Origin: Thermodesulfobacteriota bacterium
Lineage (GTDB): Bacteria; Desulfobacterota_D; UBA1144
Direction of reading: 5' to 3'
Length of the DNA stretch: 64,000 nt
Assembly (NCBI GenBank): GCA_036340075.1
Contig: JAYYZJ010000003.1
Span: 1 to 64,000, forward strand
Below the pieces are notes generated by a model. It had not been told where the DNA came from, ran no database searches, and saw only the letters and a program-made list of their open reading frames with translations. The translations under genes were made by a program, and so were the position numbers. Below, piece after piece: positions 40,923 to 51,550 of this stretch; within the stretch, counting starts at the first letter, position 1, and every line of letters begins with the position of its first letter.

Positions 40923-43533
40923 TTATCTCAACAGAGGAGTCTATATTCTCAACTCTGTCACAACCTGCTTGTGCAAGATTTTTGTTCCCTCCGCCCTTAC
41001 CATTAAATTGAGCAGATATCTTATTAATAGCTTCTTTACAATCAAAAGACTTTGTCTTAGAGTTAGAAGCACAAATAATGATTGATTTGTTTTCGTTGTT
41101 AGATATAAACAATCCTATAATTTCTTCTTGATTTGTTTTGACATTATCCCACAGTAATTTTATTTGATTAGCAGTCATATTTTCTCCTAAGAAATAAATA
41201 ATTCTTGAATCATTAAAAATTTCAGAATTTCTATATATATCTTCTGCTAGTTGATTCAGATTCTTTTTATCTATTTTGTTTAAATTCTGTTTAAGTTCAT
41301 TGTTTTCTTTTTGGATTCGAGCAATCGATGTTGGAATATTCTCTATTGAAGAATTTAGCAAAGCAGATGAGTCGACTAAATTCTTTTTTAAATTTTCAAT
41401 GTGATGATAAGCTGAATCTCCTGTGTGTGCTTCTATTCTTCTGATTCCAGAAGAAACAGCTCCTTCAGAAGAAATATGTAAGAACCCTAGTTCTCCGGTG
41501 TTATTTACATGTATTCCCCCGCATAATTCCATACTAAAATCACCTATCTTAACAACCCTAACAACATCTCCATATTTTTCTTCAAAGAAAGCCGTGGCTC
41601 CTTCTTTAATCGCCCTTTTATATTCGACATTCTCTCTAATTTCTATAGGGAAATTCAATCTAATACGATCATTACACAATCTTTCTATTTGACTTAAGGT
41701 CCCTTGGTCAATATTGGAGAAATGGCTAAAATCGAATCTGAGTCTATTTGATTCTACGAGCGACCCTGCTTGTCTTACATGCGAACCTAAAATATCCCTT
41801 AAGCACGAATTGAGAATATGAGTAGCTGTATGATGAGCCGAAGTAGCATATCTCTTATTTTTATCTACAGAAAGAGACACCCTCTCTCCTGTTTTAATTT
41901 CACCATCTTTAATAATCCCGCTGTGTATATAAAAGCCTTCTTTAGATTTCTGGGTATCAAGTATATCGATTAAACAAGACTTATTGCTTGCAGCTCCAAT
42001 ATCCCCCACTTGTCCTCCTGACTCTGCATAGAATGGTGTTTCTTCAAAAATTAAATCAACCTTCTGCCCTTTTTTAGAGCTAGAAACAACTTCGTTGTCC
42101 TGTAAAATTGCAAGAAGTGTAGTCTCTATAGATAAATTTTTATATCCCTGAAAAGTTGTACCTGAATCACTCTTCACAATATCTTGAAAATTAATATTAT
42201 TAAGATTTGATGATTTAAATTTAGATGCTTTTTTCGAAGACTTTTTCTGTTTTATCATCTCTTCTTCGTATCCTTTTAGATCAAGACTGTAATCACTATC
42301 TCTTAGGATGTCTTCAATTAGATCTACAGGAAAGCCAAAAGTATCATAAAGCTTAAAAACATGTTTTCCAGACAGAATCTTAGTTTCTTCGGATTCATTC
42401 ATCGCCTCTTGTAATTGTTCAAGCCCTTTATCAATGGTAATTAGAAATTTTTCTTCCTCATTTTTCACAATTGATACAATATTGTCTTCTTCGTTTTTTA
42501 ACTCGGGATAAGTATTTTTCATCTCATCTATAACAAGGCTGCATAAATTAAAAAGGTACGGCTCATTAATACCTAACATCTTGTAATGTCTAACTGCTCT
42601 TCTCAATATTCTTCTTAAAACATAACCTCGACCTTCGCTTGATGGGGTTACCCCATCAGCAATAAGAAATGTTACTGCACGAGAGTGGTCTGCTAATACT
42701 CTGATTGAAATATCTTTGCTTTCATCTTTTCCATACTGTATTGACAATGTTTTTGAAACACTATCAATTAAATATGTAAATGAATCTGTATCGTAATTAC
42801 TCTCAACATTTTGTAATACAGAAGCCAGTCTTTCTAATCCCATTCCTGTGTCAATACTTGGACTTGGCAATTCCGTGAGTTCTCCGTTTTCAGATTTATC
42901 AAACTGCATAAAAACTAAATTCCATATCTCTAGATATCTTCCACAATCACACTCCACATTGCATTTTTTTGGATTTGGACAATTTAGTGATTTTTTACCT
43001 AAATCGTAAAGTATTTCCGAACAGGGTCCACAAGGTCCAGTGTCTCCCATCGACCAAAAATTATCTTTATCTCCCAATTTATAAATTCTCGATGCTTTCA
43101 CATTAAGTTTGTTCTTCCAAATCTCCTCAGCTTCTTGGTCATCTTTATGAACAGTTATGTAAAGTTTTTCCGTTGGTATTTTTAGTTCTTTTGTTAAAAA
43201 TTCCCATGCAAACTCTATTGCCTCTGTTTTAAAATAATCACCAAAAGAAAAATTCCCTAGCATTTCAAAAAAGGTATGATGCCTTCTTGTTCTTCCAACA
43301 TTTTCTAAATCATTATGTTTTCCACCTGCTCTTAAACACTTTTGACAGGACGAAGCCCTAATAAAATTCTTCTTTTCGCTTCCCAAAAAAACATCTTTAA
43401 ACTGAACCATTCCAGCATTTGTAAATAATAAGGTAGGGTCATTAAAAGGAATCAGACTGGAACTCTTAACAGTTTCGTGTTTATATTTAACAAAAAATTT
43501 TGAGAATTTTTCCCTTAAATCAGCTGATTTCAT
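40906..43533 (-). CDS. alaS: Alanine-tRNA ligase
   Basis: LLFTNAGMVQFK, HHTFFEMLGNFSFGDYFK, HTATH, ELCGG. Confidence 0.98.
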   Translation of the reverse strand: MKSADLREKFSKFFVKYKHETVKSSSLIPFNDPTLLFTNAGMVQFKDVFLGSEKKNFIRASSCQKCLRAGGKHNDLENVGRTRRHHTFFEMLGNFSFGDYFKTEAIEFAWEFLTKELKIPTEKLYITVHKDDQEAEEIWKNKLNVKASRIYKLGDKDNFWSMGDTGPCGPCSEILYDLGKKSLNCPNPKKCNVECDCGRYLEIWNLVFMQFDKSENGELTELPSPSIDTGMGLERLASVLQNVESNYDTDSFTYLIDSVSKTLSIQYGKDESKDISIRVLADHSRAVTFLIADGVTPSSEGRGYVLRRILRRAVRHYKMLGINEPYLFNLCSLVIDEMKNTYPELKNEEDNIVSIVKNEEEKFLITIDKGLEQLQEAMNESEETKILSGKHVFKLYDTFGFPVDLIEDILRDSDYSLDLKGYEEEMIKQKKSSKKASKFKSSNLNNINFQDIVKSDSGTTFQGYKNLSIETTLLAILQDNEVVSSSKKGQKVDLIFEETPFYAESGGQVGDIGAASNKSCLIDILDTQKSKEGFYIHSGIIKDGEIKTGERVSLSVDKNKRYATSAHHTATHILNSCLRDILGSHVRQAGSLVESNRLRFDFSHFSNIDQGTLSQIERLCNDRIRLNFPIEIRENVEYKRAIKEGATAFFEEKYGDVVRVVKIGDFSMELCGGIHVNNTGELGFLHISSEGAVSSGIRRIEAHTGDSAYHHIENLKKNLVDSSALLNSSIENIPTSIARIQKENNELKQNLNKIDKKNLNQLAEDIYRNSEIFNDSRIIYFLGENMTANQIKLLWDNVKTNQEEIIGLFISNNENKSIIICASNSKTKSFDCKEAINKISAQFNGKGGGNKNLAQAGCDRVENIDSSVEIIKSLL

Positions 43534-43627
43534 TTGATTATTATAATGTGGATTGAAACAGATTAAACTACCTAATCTAAATTAAATATTGAATACACTT
43601 TAAAGTTATAAATAAAAAGTAAGTATT

Positions 43628-43891
43628 TTATTGGCTGGAAGGAACTTCTACATTCACAAATACCTTAGCTTTTCCCCTCTTGTCGAATCTTACAAGACCA
43701 TTTTGTAAAGCAAAAAGAGTATGGTCTTTTCCCATTCCGACATTTCTTCCTGGCTTATATTTAGTTCCTCGTTGTCTGACTATTATTCCTCCGGTGTTTA
43801 CACTCTGTCCACCAAATAGCTTAACACCTAATCTTCTTCCAATACTATCTCTTCCGTTTTTACTACTTCCACCGCTTTTTGTTGTAGACAT
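43628..43891 (-). CDS. rpmA: 50S ribosomal protein L27
   Basis: [29 protein letters not shown]. Confidence 0.97.
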   Translation of the reverse strand: MSTTKSGGSSKNGRDSIGRRLGVKLFGGQSVNTGGIIVRQRGTKYKPGRNVGMGKDHTLFALQNGLVRFDKRGKAKVFVNVEVPSSQ

Positions 43892-44214
43892 TATTTGCTC
43901 CTTCCTTTAGATATAGACGTTATTTCAACAGTTTGATAAGACTGACGATGCCCATTGAGTGTTTTAGAATCTTTCCTTCTTCTAAACTTAAATACTTTTA
44001 CTTTTTTTCCTTTATCGTCAGACAGAATCTTTCCTGAGACCTGAAATGATTTTAATTTATCTGGATCCGCATATACTTCTTTTGAATCTGAAATCATTAA
44101 AATATCATCGAATTTGATTTCAGCACCAACTTCTTGTCCAGTTTTTTCTATCAGGATTTTATCTCCCTGTTTTACTAGATATTGTTTTCCACCTGTTCTA
44201 ACTACAGCTTCCAT
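43891..44214 (-). CDS. rplU: 50S ribosomal protein L21
   Basis: TGGKQY, FKFRRRK, GHRQ; GGAGG SD. Confidence 0.96.
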   Translation of the reverse strand: MEAVVRTGGKQYLVKQGDKILIEKTGQEVGAEIKFDDILMISDSKEVYADPDKLKSFQVSGKILSDDKGKKVKVFKFRRRKDSKTLNGHRQSYQTVEITSISKGRSK

Positions 44215-44271
44215 CGAATCCTCCGAAAGGTTATATTTTCACAAATTATTGCTTTTTGTCAATATTAAAAG

Positions 44272-44868
44272 TTAGTCTTCTAGTTCCACATTCCAATATG
44301 ACGCTTCAACAAAGCTCAGGAATGGCTTCCATTCCTGAAACCTAACCGTTTTTATGTATAAATTTGAGAGCAGTTCCCAAGAAGGCTTTACTGGTTTGTT
44401 GATTAATTTCATACTTGTAAGATTTAGCGCCTTACTTCCTTTTTCTCTATTGCATTTAATACAACAACATACAACATTCTCCCAAGCTGTCTTGCCACCC
44501 TGTGATTTTGGTATTATATGATCAATAGTTAGTTCGTTCCTTGGAAAAGACAGCCCACAGTATTGACATTGTGACTTGTCCCTTTTGAAAATATTGTATC
44601 TATTGAATTTAACTTCTTTTGATGGAACTTTATCATATCTTACGACCATTATTACCCTTGGTATTTTTATAACCTTTGATACTGTTTTTATGCAATCTTC
44701 ATTCTTCATACTTGTAATTTCACTCCAAGAATTAAAATCAAAAGTCTCATAGTTGATATCTACAGCCTTAGCAGCTCCTCCATACAACATTAAGAATGCT
44801 CTACGTACACTGGTCGTATCTATAGGAAGAAAGAATTTGTTTAAAACTAAAACTGGGCTATTTAGCAT
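44272..44868 (-). CDS. Stand-alone HNH endonuclease (McrA-like)
   Basis: VLVLN, RD..CQYCG, TIDHIIPKSQGG, WENVVCCCIKCN..KG. Confidence 0.9.
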   Translation of the reverse strand: MLNSPVLVLNKFFLPIDTTSVRRAFLMLYGGAAKAVDINYETFDFNSWSEITSMKNEDCIKTVSKVIKIPRVIMVVRYDKVPSKEVKFNRYNIFKRDKSQCQYCGLSFPRNELTIDHIIPKSQGGKTAWENVVCCCIKCNREKGSKALNLTSMKLINKPVKPSWELLSNLYIKTVRFQEWKPFLSFVEASYWNVELED

Positions 44869-44901
44869 ACTAATAATTTACCTGAATTATAGATAAAAAA
44901 A

Positions 44902-44930
44902 TTTACTGACTCTTAAGAAAAGCATATAAT
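44902..44930 (+). promoter_or_regulatory. Sigma70-type promoter of lnt
   Basis: TTTACT-17 nt-TATAAT, ending 6 nt before the ATG. Confidence 0.65.
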
Positions 44931-44936
44931 TTAATT

Positions 44937-46460
44937 ATGGTGCAGCATCTGCTGATTATTCTATCCTCAGTTTTATTCGTTATTCCTTTCTTAAATTTTA
45001 ATTTTTGGCCTCTTTCTTGGGTATGCTTTGTGCCTTTATTTTACCTATTCAAATCATCCAATTTAAGTTCTTTAAAAATTGGTTTAGTTTTTGGCACCAT
45101 AGTAACTTTAATTGGAACATATTGGATACCTGCGACAATTGTGAACCAAACTGGTGCAGATTATACAGTTTCAATAGTCACACATTTTTTTTATGCGATA
45201 TATGAATCTTTATTTTATATAATAGTTTTCTTACTGTTCAAATTTGTCTCAACAAAAAATTACAACAAGTCTTACAAATATTGTTTATTTATATTTTTTT
45301 ACATCGTTTTGGAAAATTATTTCCCAAGAATTTTCCCATACAGACTAGGTAATAGTCAAATACTTTTTCAAGAAGGCGCTCAACTCATTTCAATCTTTGG
45401 ATTAAATATACTAAGTATTTTAGTTCTTATCGGAAACATAGGTATATATGAATTCTTTTTTGCAAAACGAAATAAAATTCTTATAGGTTTTGTTTTATCT
45501 ATATTTATTATTTTTATTTATGGTAACTTTGCAATTAGCAAAATAATCAAACTACACTCGAATAGAGATAAAGTTTCTATATCTATAATACAGCCCAATA
45601 ATAGTATAGAGAATTTAATTCAGCTTAATAATTCAATTGGACACAAGCCATATCTAATAATTTGGCCAGAAAGCTCACTCGACCGTATAGACATGTACCC
45701 CATCCGCTTCAAAAAATACCATGAAAAAAAATTCCAGGAAATCTTTAGTAGTAATCATCAAATATTATTTGGTGCAATTACTGGTTTTTGGCATTCTCGT
45801 CAAACACCTGAATATTATGCAAATACTGCAATATTATTTAGTAAGAAGAATGGAGATGAATATGGATTTCATGAGACATACAATAAAAACAAGCTCATGA
45901 TTTTTGGTGAATACTATCCCTTGAAGTCACTTATTTCAAAAATAATTCCAATTTATGAGACCTTTGTGGAACTTAAGCCAGGTGAAATAACGCCAATTCG
46001 TTCACACATACCTATAAAATACAAAAATAACGAAATTTGGTTCCCTAAGTTTGGTGTAGTAATTTGTTATGAGGACTTATTCGAAACAAATTCACTTATT
46101 CTTTCTAATAGCAATTCTCATGTACTAATTAATATTACTAATGATTGGTGGTATGGGGATACTCTTGCCTCATATCAGCATCTAATGTTATCAATTCCTC
46201 GAGCAATAGAAAACAGAAAATATTTACTTAGATCTGCGCAGAATGGAATTAGTGCTATTATAAGTCCCACAGGAGAAATTTTGGAAAAAATAGAAAAAAA
46301 TAAACAAGGAATTATTAATTATAATATTGAATTAATTAGCTCAAAATATCTACCTACTTTTTCGAAGTATCATGGATATATTAATGCTTTTTATTTGCTG
46401 GTTCTTGCTTTGTTAATTTTTCCGCTATTTAGCCACAAAGGAAGAGATGGCTCTGATTAA
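44937..46460 (+). CDS. lnt: Apolipoprotein N-acyltransferase
   Basis: TM region plus nitrilase-fold triad WPES, YNK..L..FGEY, ICYED; NITNDWW. Confidence 0.92.
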   Translation: MVQHLLIILSSVLFVIPFLNFNFWPLSWVCFVPLFYLFKSSNLSSLKIGLVFGTIVTLIGTYWIPATIVNQTGADYTVSIVTHFFYAIYESLFYIIVFLLFKFVSTKNYNKSYKYCLFIFFYIVLENYFPRIFPYRLGNSQILFQEGAQLISIFGLNILSILVLIGNIGIYEFFFAKRNKILIGFVLSIFIIFIYGNFAISKIIKLHSNRDKVSISIIQPNNSIENLIQLNNSIGHKPYLIIWPESSLDRIDMYPIRFKKYHEKKFQEIFSSNHQILFGAITGFWHSRQTPEYYANTAILFSKKNGDEYGFHETYNKNKLMIFGEYYPLKSLISKIIPIYETFVELKPGEITPIRSHIPIKYKNNEIWFPKFGVVICYEDLFETNSLILSNSNSHVLINITNDWWYGDTLASYQHLMLSIPRAIENRKYLLRSAQNGISAIISPTGEILEKIEKNKQGIINYNIELISSKYLPTFSKYHGYINAFYLLVLALLIFPLFSHKGRDGSD

Positions 46461-47501
46461 TTTATTATTCTCTTTTGGTAATCCGATTGTTATTCTTAAG
46501 CAATTTTTCAACTTTTCATTCGAATTAAAACTTCTAAGAATAATACTTTTAGTTTTAAGAAAATTATTTAAAGATTTAGATTGTATTGTTTTAATTAAGA
46601 CAAAATTAGAATCTGTTGGATAAACATGAAAGTTGGTCTTTTCATTAAGAAATTTTACTAATCGAGATCTCTCTCTTTTGATAATCTCAATTTTCTTTTT
46701 CATAGTTTTTTGATTATCAAAATAATCACATGCTATTAATTGTGAAAGTGTGGAGATATTATATGGCAATCTTATTTTATTTATTTCAGAAATAATTTTA
46801 CTATTGCCAATTAAATATCCTAGTCTTAAAGAAGCAAATCCAACTTTTGACATTGTCTTCATTATTAATAAGTTTTTATTTCTTTTCAGCATAGGCAAAT
46901 ATGAGTAAGAAGAATAATCAGCATATGCTTCATCAATTACTACTATTCCTCTTGATTGTTTAATAATTTCTTTAATATCGTCATGTTTAAATGAGTTCCC
47001 TGTAGGATTATTCGGAGTTGGTATAAATATCAAATCAGGATTATTTTTCTTAATTTTTTTAATCATATCTCTAATATTGATTTGGAAATTTTTATCTAAA
47101 TTAACTTTTATAGCTTTATTTCCTGTTGCTAAAGATAGAATTTTATACATTGAGAAACTTGGCTCTAAGTGGATAATTGTTGATGATTTACCAGTAAGAA
47201 CTAGAAGCAAATAAAGTATTAACTCATCGGATCCATTACCAAAAATAATTTCATTCTGATTGATTCCATGGAATTTGCTAACTTTTTTTCTTAATTGATT
47301 CTGTGATGGATCAGGATATCTATTTACAGAATTAGTCTTTAAATAATTTCTATTTTTAGTCTTTGACAATCTTGCCAATATTGTTTTAGTTTCATCAAAT
47401 GGCGACTCATTTGCATTCAACCTAAAAAGATAATCAATTTCATCTGGTTCATAAGCAGTAAAATTTTTTAAATTTTTTTTAATTCTAATCTTTGAGGACA
47501 A
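46425..47501 (-). CDS. hisC: Histidinol-phosphate aminotransferase
   Basis: LNANESP, NRYPD, GNGSDE, PNNPTG, DEAY, TMSK. Confidence 0.94.
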   Translation of the reverse strand: MSSKIRIKKNLKNFTAYEPDEIDYLFRLNANESPFDETKTILARLSKTKNRNYLKTNSVNRYPDPSQNQLRKKVSKFHGINQNEIIFGNGSDELILYLLLVLTGKSSTIIHLEPSFSMYKILSLATGNKAIKVNLDKNFQINIRDMIKKIKKNNPDLIFIPTPNNPTGNSFKHDDIKEIIKQSRGIVVIDEAYADYSSYSYLPMLKRNKNLLIMKTMSKVGFASLRLGYLIGNSKIISEINKIRLPYNISTLSQLIACDYFDNQKTMKKKIEIIKRERSRLVKFLNEKTNFHVYPTDSNFVLIKTIQSKSLNNFLKTKSIILRSFNSNEKLKNCLRITIGLPKENNKLIRAISSFVAK

Positions 47502-48803
47502 TTATGACTCTCCTTTGGTCAATCTTAGCAAAGCTGCCATAGCATGGCCATGTAGTCCTTCTTCCTTAGCAAGAGCTATAACTAAAGGAGCAAGACTATT
47601 CGCTCCTTTTTTGGATATTTTTGTAAGACTTGAATATTTTAAAAAATCTAATACCGATAGTGGGGATGAAAACTTTGCATTTCCTGAAGTTGGAAGAACA
47701 TGACTTGGACCAGCAATATAATCTCCGAAAGCTTCTGCTGATAATTTTCCTAGAAAAATTGACCCTGCACTAGTAATTTCTGATGAAAGGCTATTTGCGT
47801 TTCTTGCTATTATTTGAAGATGTTCTGGTGCAAATTCGTTTGCTAATTTAACCGATCCTTTTAGTGAAGAAAGTATGTAAATTCGACCGTTATTTTTCAA
47901 AGATGCTTGTATTATATTTTTTCTTGGTAATACCTTAGACTGTCTTACTAATTCTTTCGCGGTTTCTTTGGCAATCATAGCAGAGTCCGTTGCCAAAATC
48001 GCTGAAGATCTAATATCGTGTTCCGCCTGAGCAATCAAATCTGCTGCAATCAATTTTGGATCTGATGTTTTATCTGCAATTATTAAAACTTCGCTCGGTC
48101 CAGCAATCATATCTATATCTACATCACCAAAAACCTGTTTTTTTGCAGTAGCTACATAAGCATTTCCTGGGCCTACGATCTTATCAACCTTCGGTATAGT
48201 TTTTGTTCCAAAGGCAAGTGCCGCTATAGCTTGTGCACCTCCAACTTTATAAATCTTTTTAACTCCTGTAACTTTTGCTGCATATAATATTGAGGGGCTA
48301 ACTTTATTGTTTGAAGGTGGGGTGACAACATAAATCTCCTTTGATCCGGCAACTTGTGCAAGTGTCGCAGTCATTAATAATGTTGACGGATACGCCGCAG
48401 TCCCTCCTGGTACATATATTCCAATTTTTTCAATTGGATTAATTGTCCAACCTAATATGTTTTCCAGATTATCTTTATATTTAAACGATTTAGGTATTTT
48501 TTTTACTTGGTACTCTTTGATTCTTTTGTATGATTTATCTATTGCCGCTTTTACGTCTTTGGAAATTAAATTAACAGAATTATTTATATCAGTTTTTTCT
48601 ATCTCAAAATCTTTTGGTCTGATAGTTATTTTGTCAAATTTTTTAGATAGTGATGCAAGTGCTTTGTCTCCATCCCTCATAACTTGATTTACGATTGAAG
48701 CAACTTCTTTCTCTATTCTTCTATTAGATTCTCTTTCTTTTTTTCTAAGTTTTTTTATCTCTTTGTCTATTTCAGCAGAAGACAAACTAATGATTTTTAT
48801 CAT
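47502..48803 (-). CDS. hisD: Histidinol dehydrogenase
   Basis: YVPGG, GGAQAIAALAFG, IDMIAGPSE, QAEHD, APEHL. Confidence 0.97.
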   Translation of the reverse strand: MIKIISLSSAEIDKEIKKLRKKERESNRRIEKEVASIVNQVMRDGDKALASLSKKFDKITIRPKDFEIEKTDINNSVNLISKDVKAAIDKSYKRIKEYQVKKIPKSFKYKDNLENILGWTINPIEKIGIYVPGGTAAYPSTLLMTATLAQVAGSKEIYVVTPPSNNKVSPSILYAAKVTGVKKIYKVGGAQAIAALAFGTKTIPKVDKIVGPGNAYVATAKKQVFGDVDIDMIAGPSEVLIIADKTSDPKLIAADLIAQAEHDIRSSAILATDSAMIAKETAKELVRQSKVLPRKNIIQASLKNNGRIYILSSLKGSVKLANEFAPEHLQIIARNANSLSSEITSAGSIFLGKLSAEAFGDYIAGPSHVLPTSGNAKFSSPLSVLDFLKYSSLTKISKKGANSLAPLVIALAKEEGLHGHAMAALLRLTKGES

Positions 48804-48850
48804 ACTGATAATACAATAAATTTATTCCTTATTTTAATCAATTAGATTTT

Positions 48851-49729
48851 TTAGAAGCTTCCACTAACGCTAAGAAGGATATCAGCTGCTAACGATAAAT
48901 TAATTACTAGCATATAAAAGATTGAGAACAGGAATACTAAAATATAATGATTCTTCTTTTTAAATGAAAGAAATACAGTATAGAGGAAACCTATTCCCAT
49001 TATTATGGCAATAAATGCGTAAAAGCTTGATGCGACACCAATAATCCAAAAATATAATGAAATTGGTAGCAAAGCCAAGCTGTAAATTGCAATCAAGTAA
49101 TTAGTATATTTTTGACCATAGACTAAGGGCATGACAGGAAAACCAGCTTTTTTGTAATCATCCGCTAAGTGCTGAGCCAGTGCCCAAAAATGTGGTGGTT
49201 GCCAGAGCATCATAAAGATAAAAAGCACTAAAACTTCTATATAATTTTTTGATATATTTGGTTCTATGGAAGAGAAACCTATTATAACTGGAAGTGCACC
49301 AGGAATGCCTCCTAGCACGGTTCCGAAAGGGGAAGATCTTTTTAGAAACAAAGTGTAATAAACAGTATAAGAAAGAATAGCAATAACAATAAGGATGCAG
49401 TTGGTTGTATTAACAAAGAAATAAGAAAGACCTAAAGAAAACGTTATTAACAAAGAAGCGAAAAACGAAGCAGACTTAATTCCTACCATCTTTAAGGCCT
49501 CTACTCGTTTTGCTAGCCTTTCCATTAATTCGTCTTTTTTTCTCTCAATTATATTGTTTATAATTGCAGAGCCTGCCGCTGAAAAAATTAATGACAGAAG
49601 TGTAAACGTAATTAGTTCAGAATCAGGTAAAGATTTTGAAGCAAGTATCATACCTGTAAATCCAGTTAAGCCAACACTAAGAATAATATTTGGCTTACAA
49701 AGTGAAAATAGTGCTAATAGATATTTCAT
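48851..49729 (-). CDS. ctaB: Protoheme IX farnesyltransferase (heme O synthase)
   Basis: YTLFLKR, GGIPGALP, WQPPHFWALA, DYKKAGFP. Confidence 0.93.
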   Translation of the reverse strand: MKYLLALFSLCKPNIILSVGLTGFTGMILASKSLPDSELITFTLLSLIFSAAGSAIINNIIERKKDELMERLAKRVEALKMVGIKSASFFASLLITFSLGLSYFFVNTTNCILIVIAILSYTVYYTLFLKRSSPFGTVLGGIPGALPVIIGFSSIEPNISKNYIEVLVLFIFMMLWQPPHFWALAQHLADDYKKAGFPVMPLVYGQKYTNYLIAIYSLALLPISLYFWIIGVASSFYAFIAIIMGIGFLYTVFLSFKKKNHYILVFLFSIFYMLVINLSLAADILLSVSGSF

Positions 49730-50589
49730 AAATTAAAAGATTCTTTTTTTTCAAAAATAATATTTAATATTACCATTATAATTACTAGGGCTATTAGCAA
49801 ATGTATTGCTGTCATAGTAAAAGCGAGTCTGGAAATTACCACAAAGATGCCGAGTAAAACTTGAAACGATATTAAAAATAATAAATTTTTTATATTTTTT
49901 TGAATAGTAGCAGTCATGTTCTTGTATTTTGAAAAGACAAAGAGAAAGATAGAAAATAAAAAAATAAAAACTCCCAAAAATCTATGAGATAGATGGAAGA
50001 GGACAGTTCCACTTAAAAAAGGCGGTATCCAATATCCTAAACATTTTGGAACATCGGGACAGGCAAGCCCTGCATTTGAATGTCGGACATATGCTCCCAA
50101 AACTAACTGAATGTAAACAACGAGAAACAAAAAAAGATAAGCAATATTTTCTCTACGAAAAATTCGTGAGTTTTTCAATTCTTCTCCATTAGAAAAAACA
50201 CACATAACATAAATTAGGATAAAAATTATAATTGCATTTGCGAAATGATAAGTAGTAATATTTGTTTCTAGTTGAAGAATTACAACTAATCCACCAACTA
50301 CTATTTGAATAGCTAATAATATTCCACATAAAATTGGAACTAACTTCTGTTTTCCATGATACGACTTAAATCTTTTTTTAGCTAAAAAAAAGAAAAAGAT
50401 ACTTACTATTAATCCTAATACCCTATGTGTATGCTCCATAAAAATAGCAAAATTCAGCTCGGGGAAAAATTTTCCAAAACATAGTGGCCAGTCAGGACAG
50501 GCAAGCCCTGCACCAAGTCCGCTAACCATGTTACCCCATACGAGCAATAAGATTAAAGAAAATAACGTTAATTTTTCTAGCTTGCCCAT
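49726..50589 (-). CDS. ctaA: Heme A synthase
   Basis: AGLACPDWPLC, EHTHR, second AGLACPD, HR. Confidence 0.92.
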   Translation of the reverse strand: MGKLEKLTLFSLILLLVWGNMVSGLGAGLACPDWPLCFGKFFPELNFAIFMEHTHRVLGLIVSIFFFFLAKKRFKSYHGKQKLVPILCGILLAIQIVVGGLVVILQLETNITTYHFANAIIIFILIYVMCVFSNGEELKNSRIFRRENIAYLFLFLVVYIQLVLGAYVRHSNAGLACPDVPKCLGYWIPPFLSGTVLFHLSHRFLGVFIFLFSIFLFVFSKYKNMTATIQKNIKNLLFLISFQVLLGIFVVISRLAFTMTAIHLLIALVIIMVILNIIFEKKESFNL

Positions 50590-50594
50590 TTAAA

Positions 50595-50876
50595 CTAATT
50601 CAAAAGGCGGGTAAAGATATCTGTAGCCGAAAAAGTAATGAGCAAAAATAGTAAAAAAATTGGATATGTTGCAAAGACCCATGTCATTGCATCTTCATAC
50701 TTTAGGTGCATAAAGTAAAGAGCAACGAAACTTGCCTTAACCGAAGCTATCAATAATGCTATTGGAACATTTAAAATTCCAAAATCAAACTGTGCAGCAG
50801 CAACCGTAATTACAGTTAAAAACATTAGGAGTGCTCCAATTTTTATATATAATTTATATCCTTCTAAACCTTCCAT
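50595..50876 (-). CDS. ctaF: Cytochrome c oxidase subunit IV
   Basis: IASVKASFVALYFMHLKY. Confidence 0.88.
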   Translation of the reverse strand: MEGLEGYKLYIKIGALLMFLTVITVAAAQFDFGILNVPIALLIASVKASFVALYFMHLKYEDAMTWVFATYPIFLLFLLITFSATDIFTRLLN

Positions 50877-50886
50877 ATCATCTCCC

Positions 50887-51549
50887 TTAGCCGATCAAAT
50901 ATAGTAATGGAAACAGATAAATCCATATTAAATCAACTAAATGCCAATATAAGCCTCCTATCTCGATAGCTGTATAATTTTCTTTCGAATAAGCACCCTT
51001 TCTCGTTTTATACAAAAGAAAACTTAAAAGTCCCATACCTATAAAAACGTGGAGCATGTGAATTCCGGTTGCAGCATAGTACAAAGAATAAAATATATCC
51101 GTTCCGGGAGTAATACCATGACTAATCTTGTACGAATATTCAAAATATTTATTTATCCCAAAAATCGCACCACAAATTATAGTTATCCATAACATCCACT
51201 CTACTAATTTTATTCGGTTTTCTTGAATACCTTTCACAGCAACAGCAACTGTAAAGCTGCTGAAAATTAGTATCACAGTATTGACTGTACCAAGTACAAC
51301 ATTCAAGCTTTTTGAACCACTTTCAAACATTTCAGGGTAAATTGCCCTAAAGATTGCATAGGCCGCAAAAAGACCTCCAAAAAGCAATAACTCCGTAGCC
51401 AAAAATAGCCACATTCCAAATTTCGAAGCTTCATGCTCAGTTTGCGGGTCAACAAGCTGATGTTCATCATCATGCCCTAGAGATGGAAGCATCTCTGATG
51501 GATAAGCAAGTGATTTAATAAATTTTGAAGTTACATCCATTAATCCCAT
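50887..51549 (-). CDS. ctaE: Cytochrome c oxidase subunit III
   Basis: GMWLFLATELLLFGGLF, TGIHMLHV, LYWHLVDLIWI. Confidence 0.93.
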   Translation of the reverse strand: MGLMDVTSKFIKSLAYPSEMLPSLGHDDEHQLVDPQTEHEASKFGMWLFLATELLLFGGLFAAYAIFRAIYPEMFESGSKSLNVVLGTVNTVILIFSSFTVAVAVKGIQENRIKLVEWMLWITIICGAIFGINKYFEYSYKISHGITPGTDIFYSLYYAATGIHMLHVFIGMGLLSFLLYKTRKGAYSKENYTAIEIGGLYWHLVDLIWIYLFPLLYLIG

Positions 51550-51550
51550 T

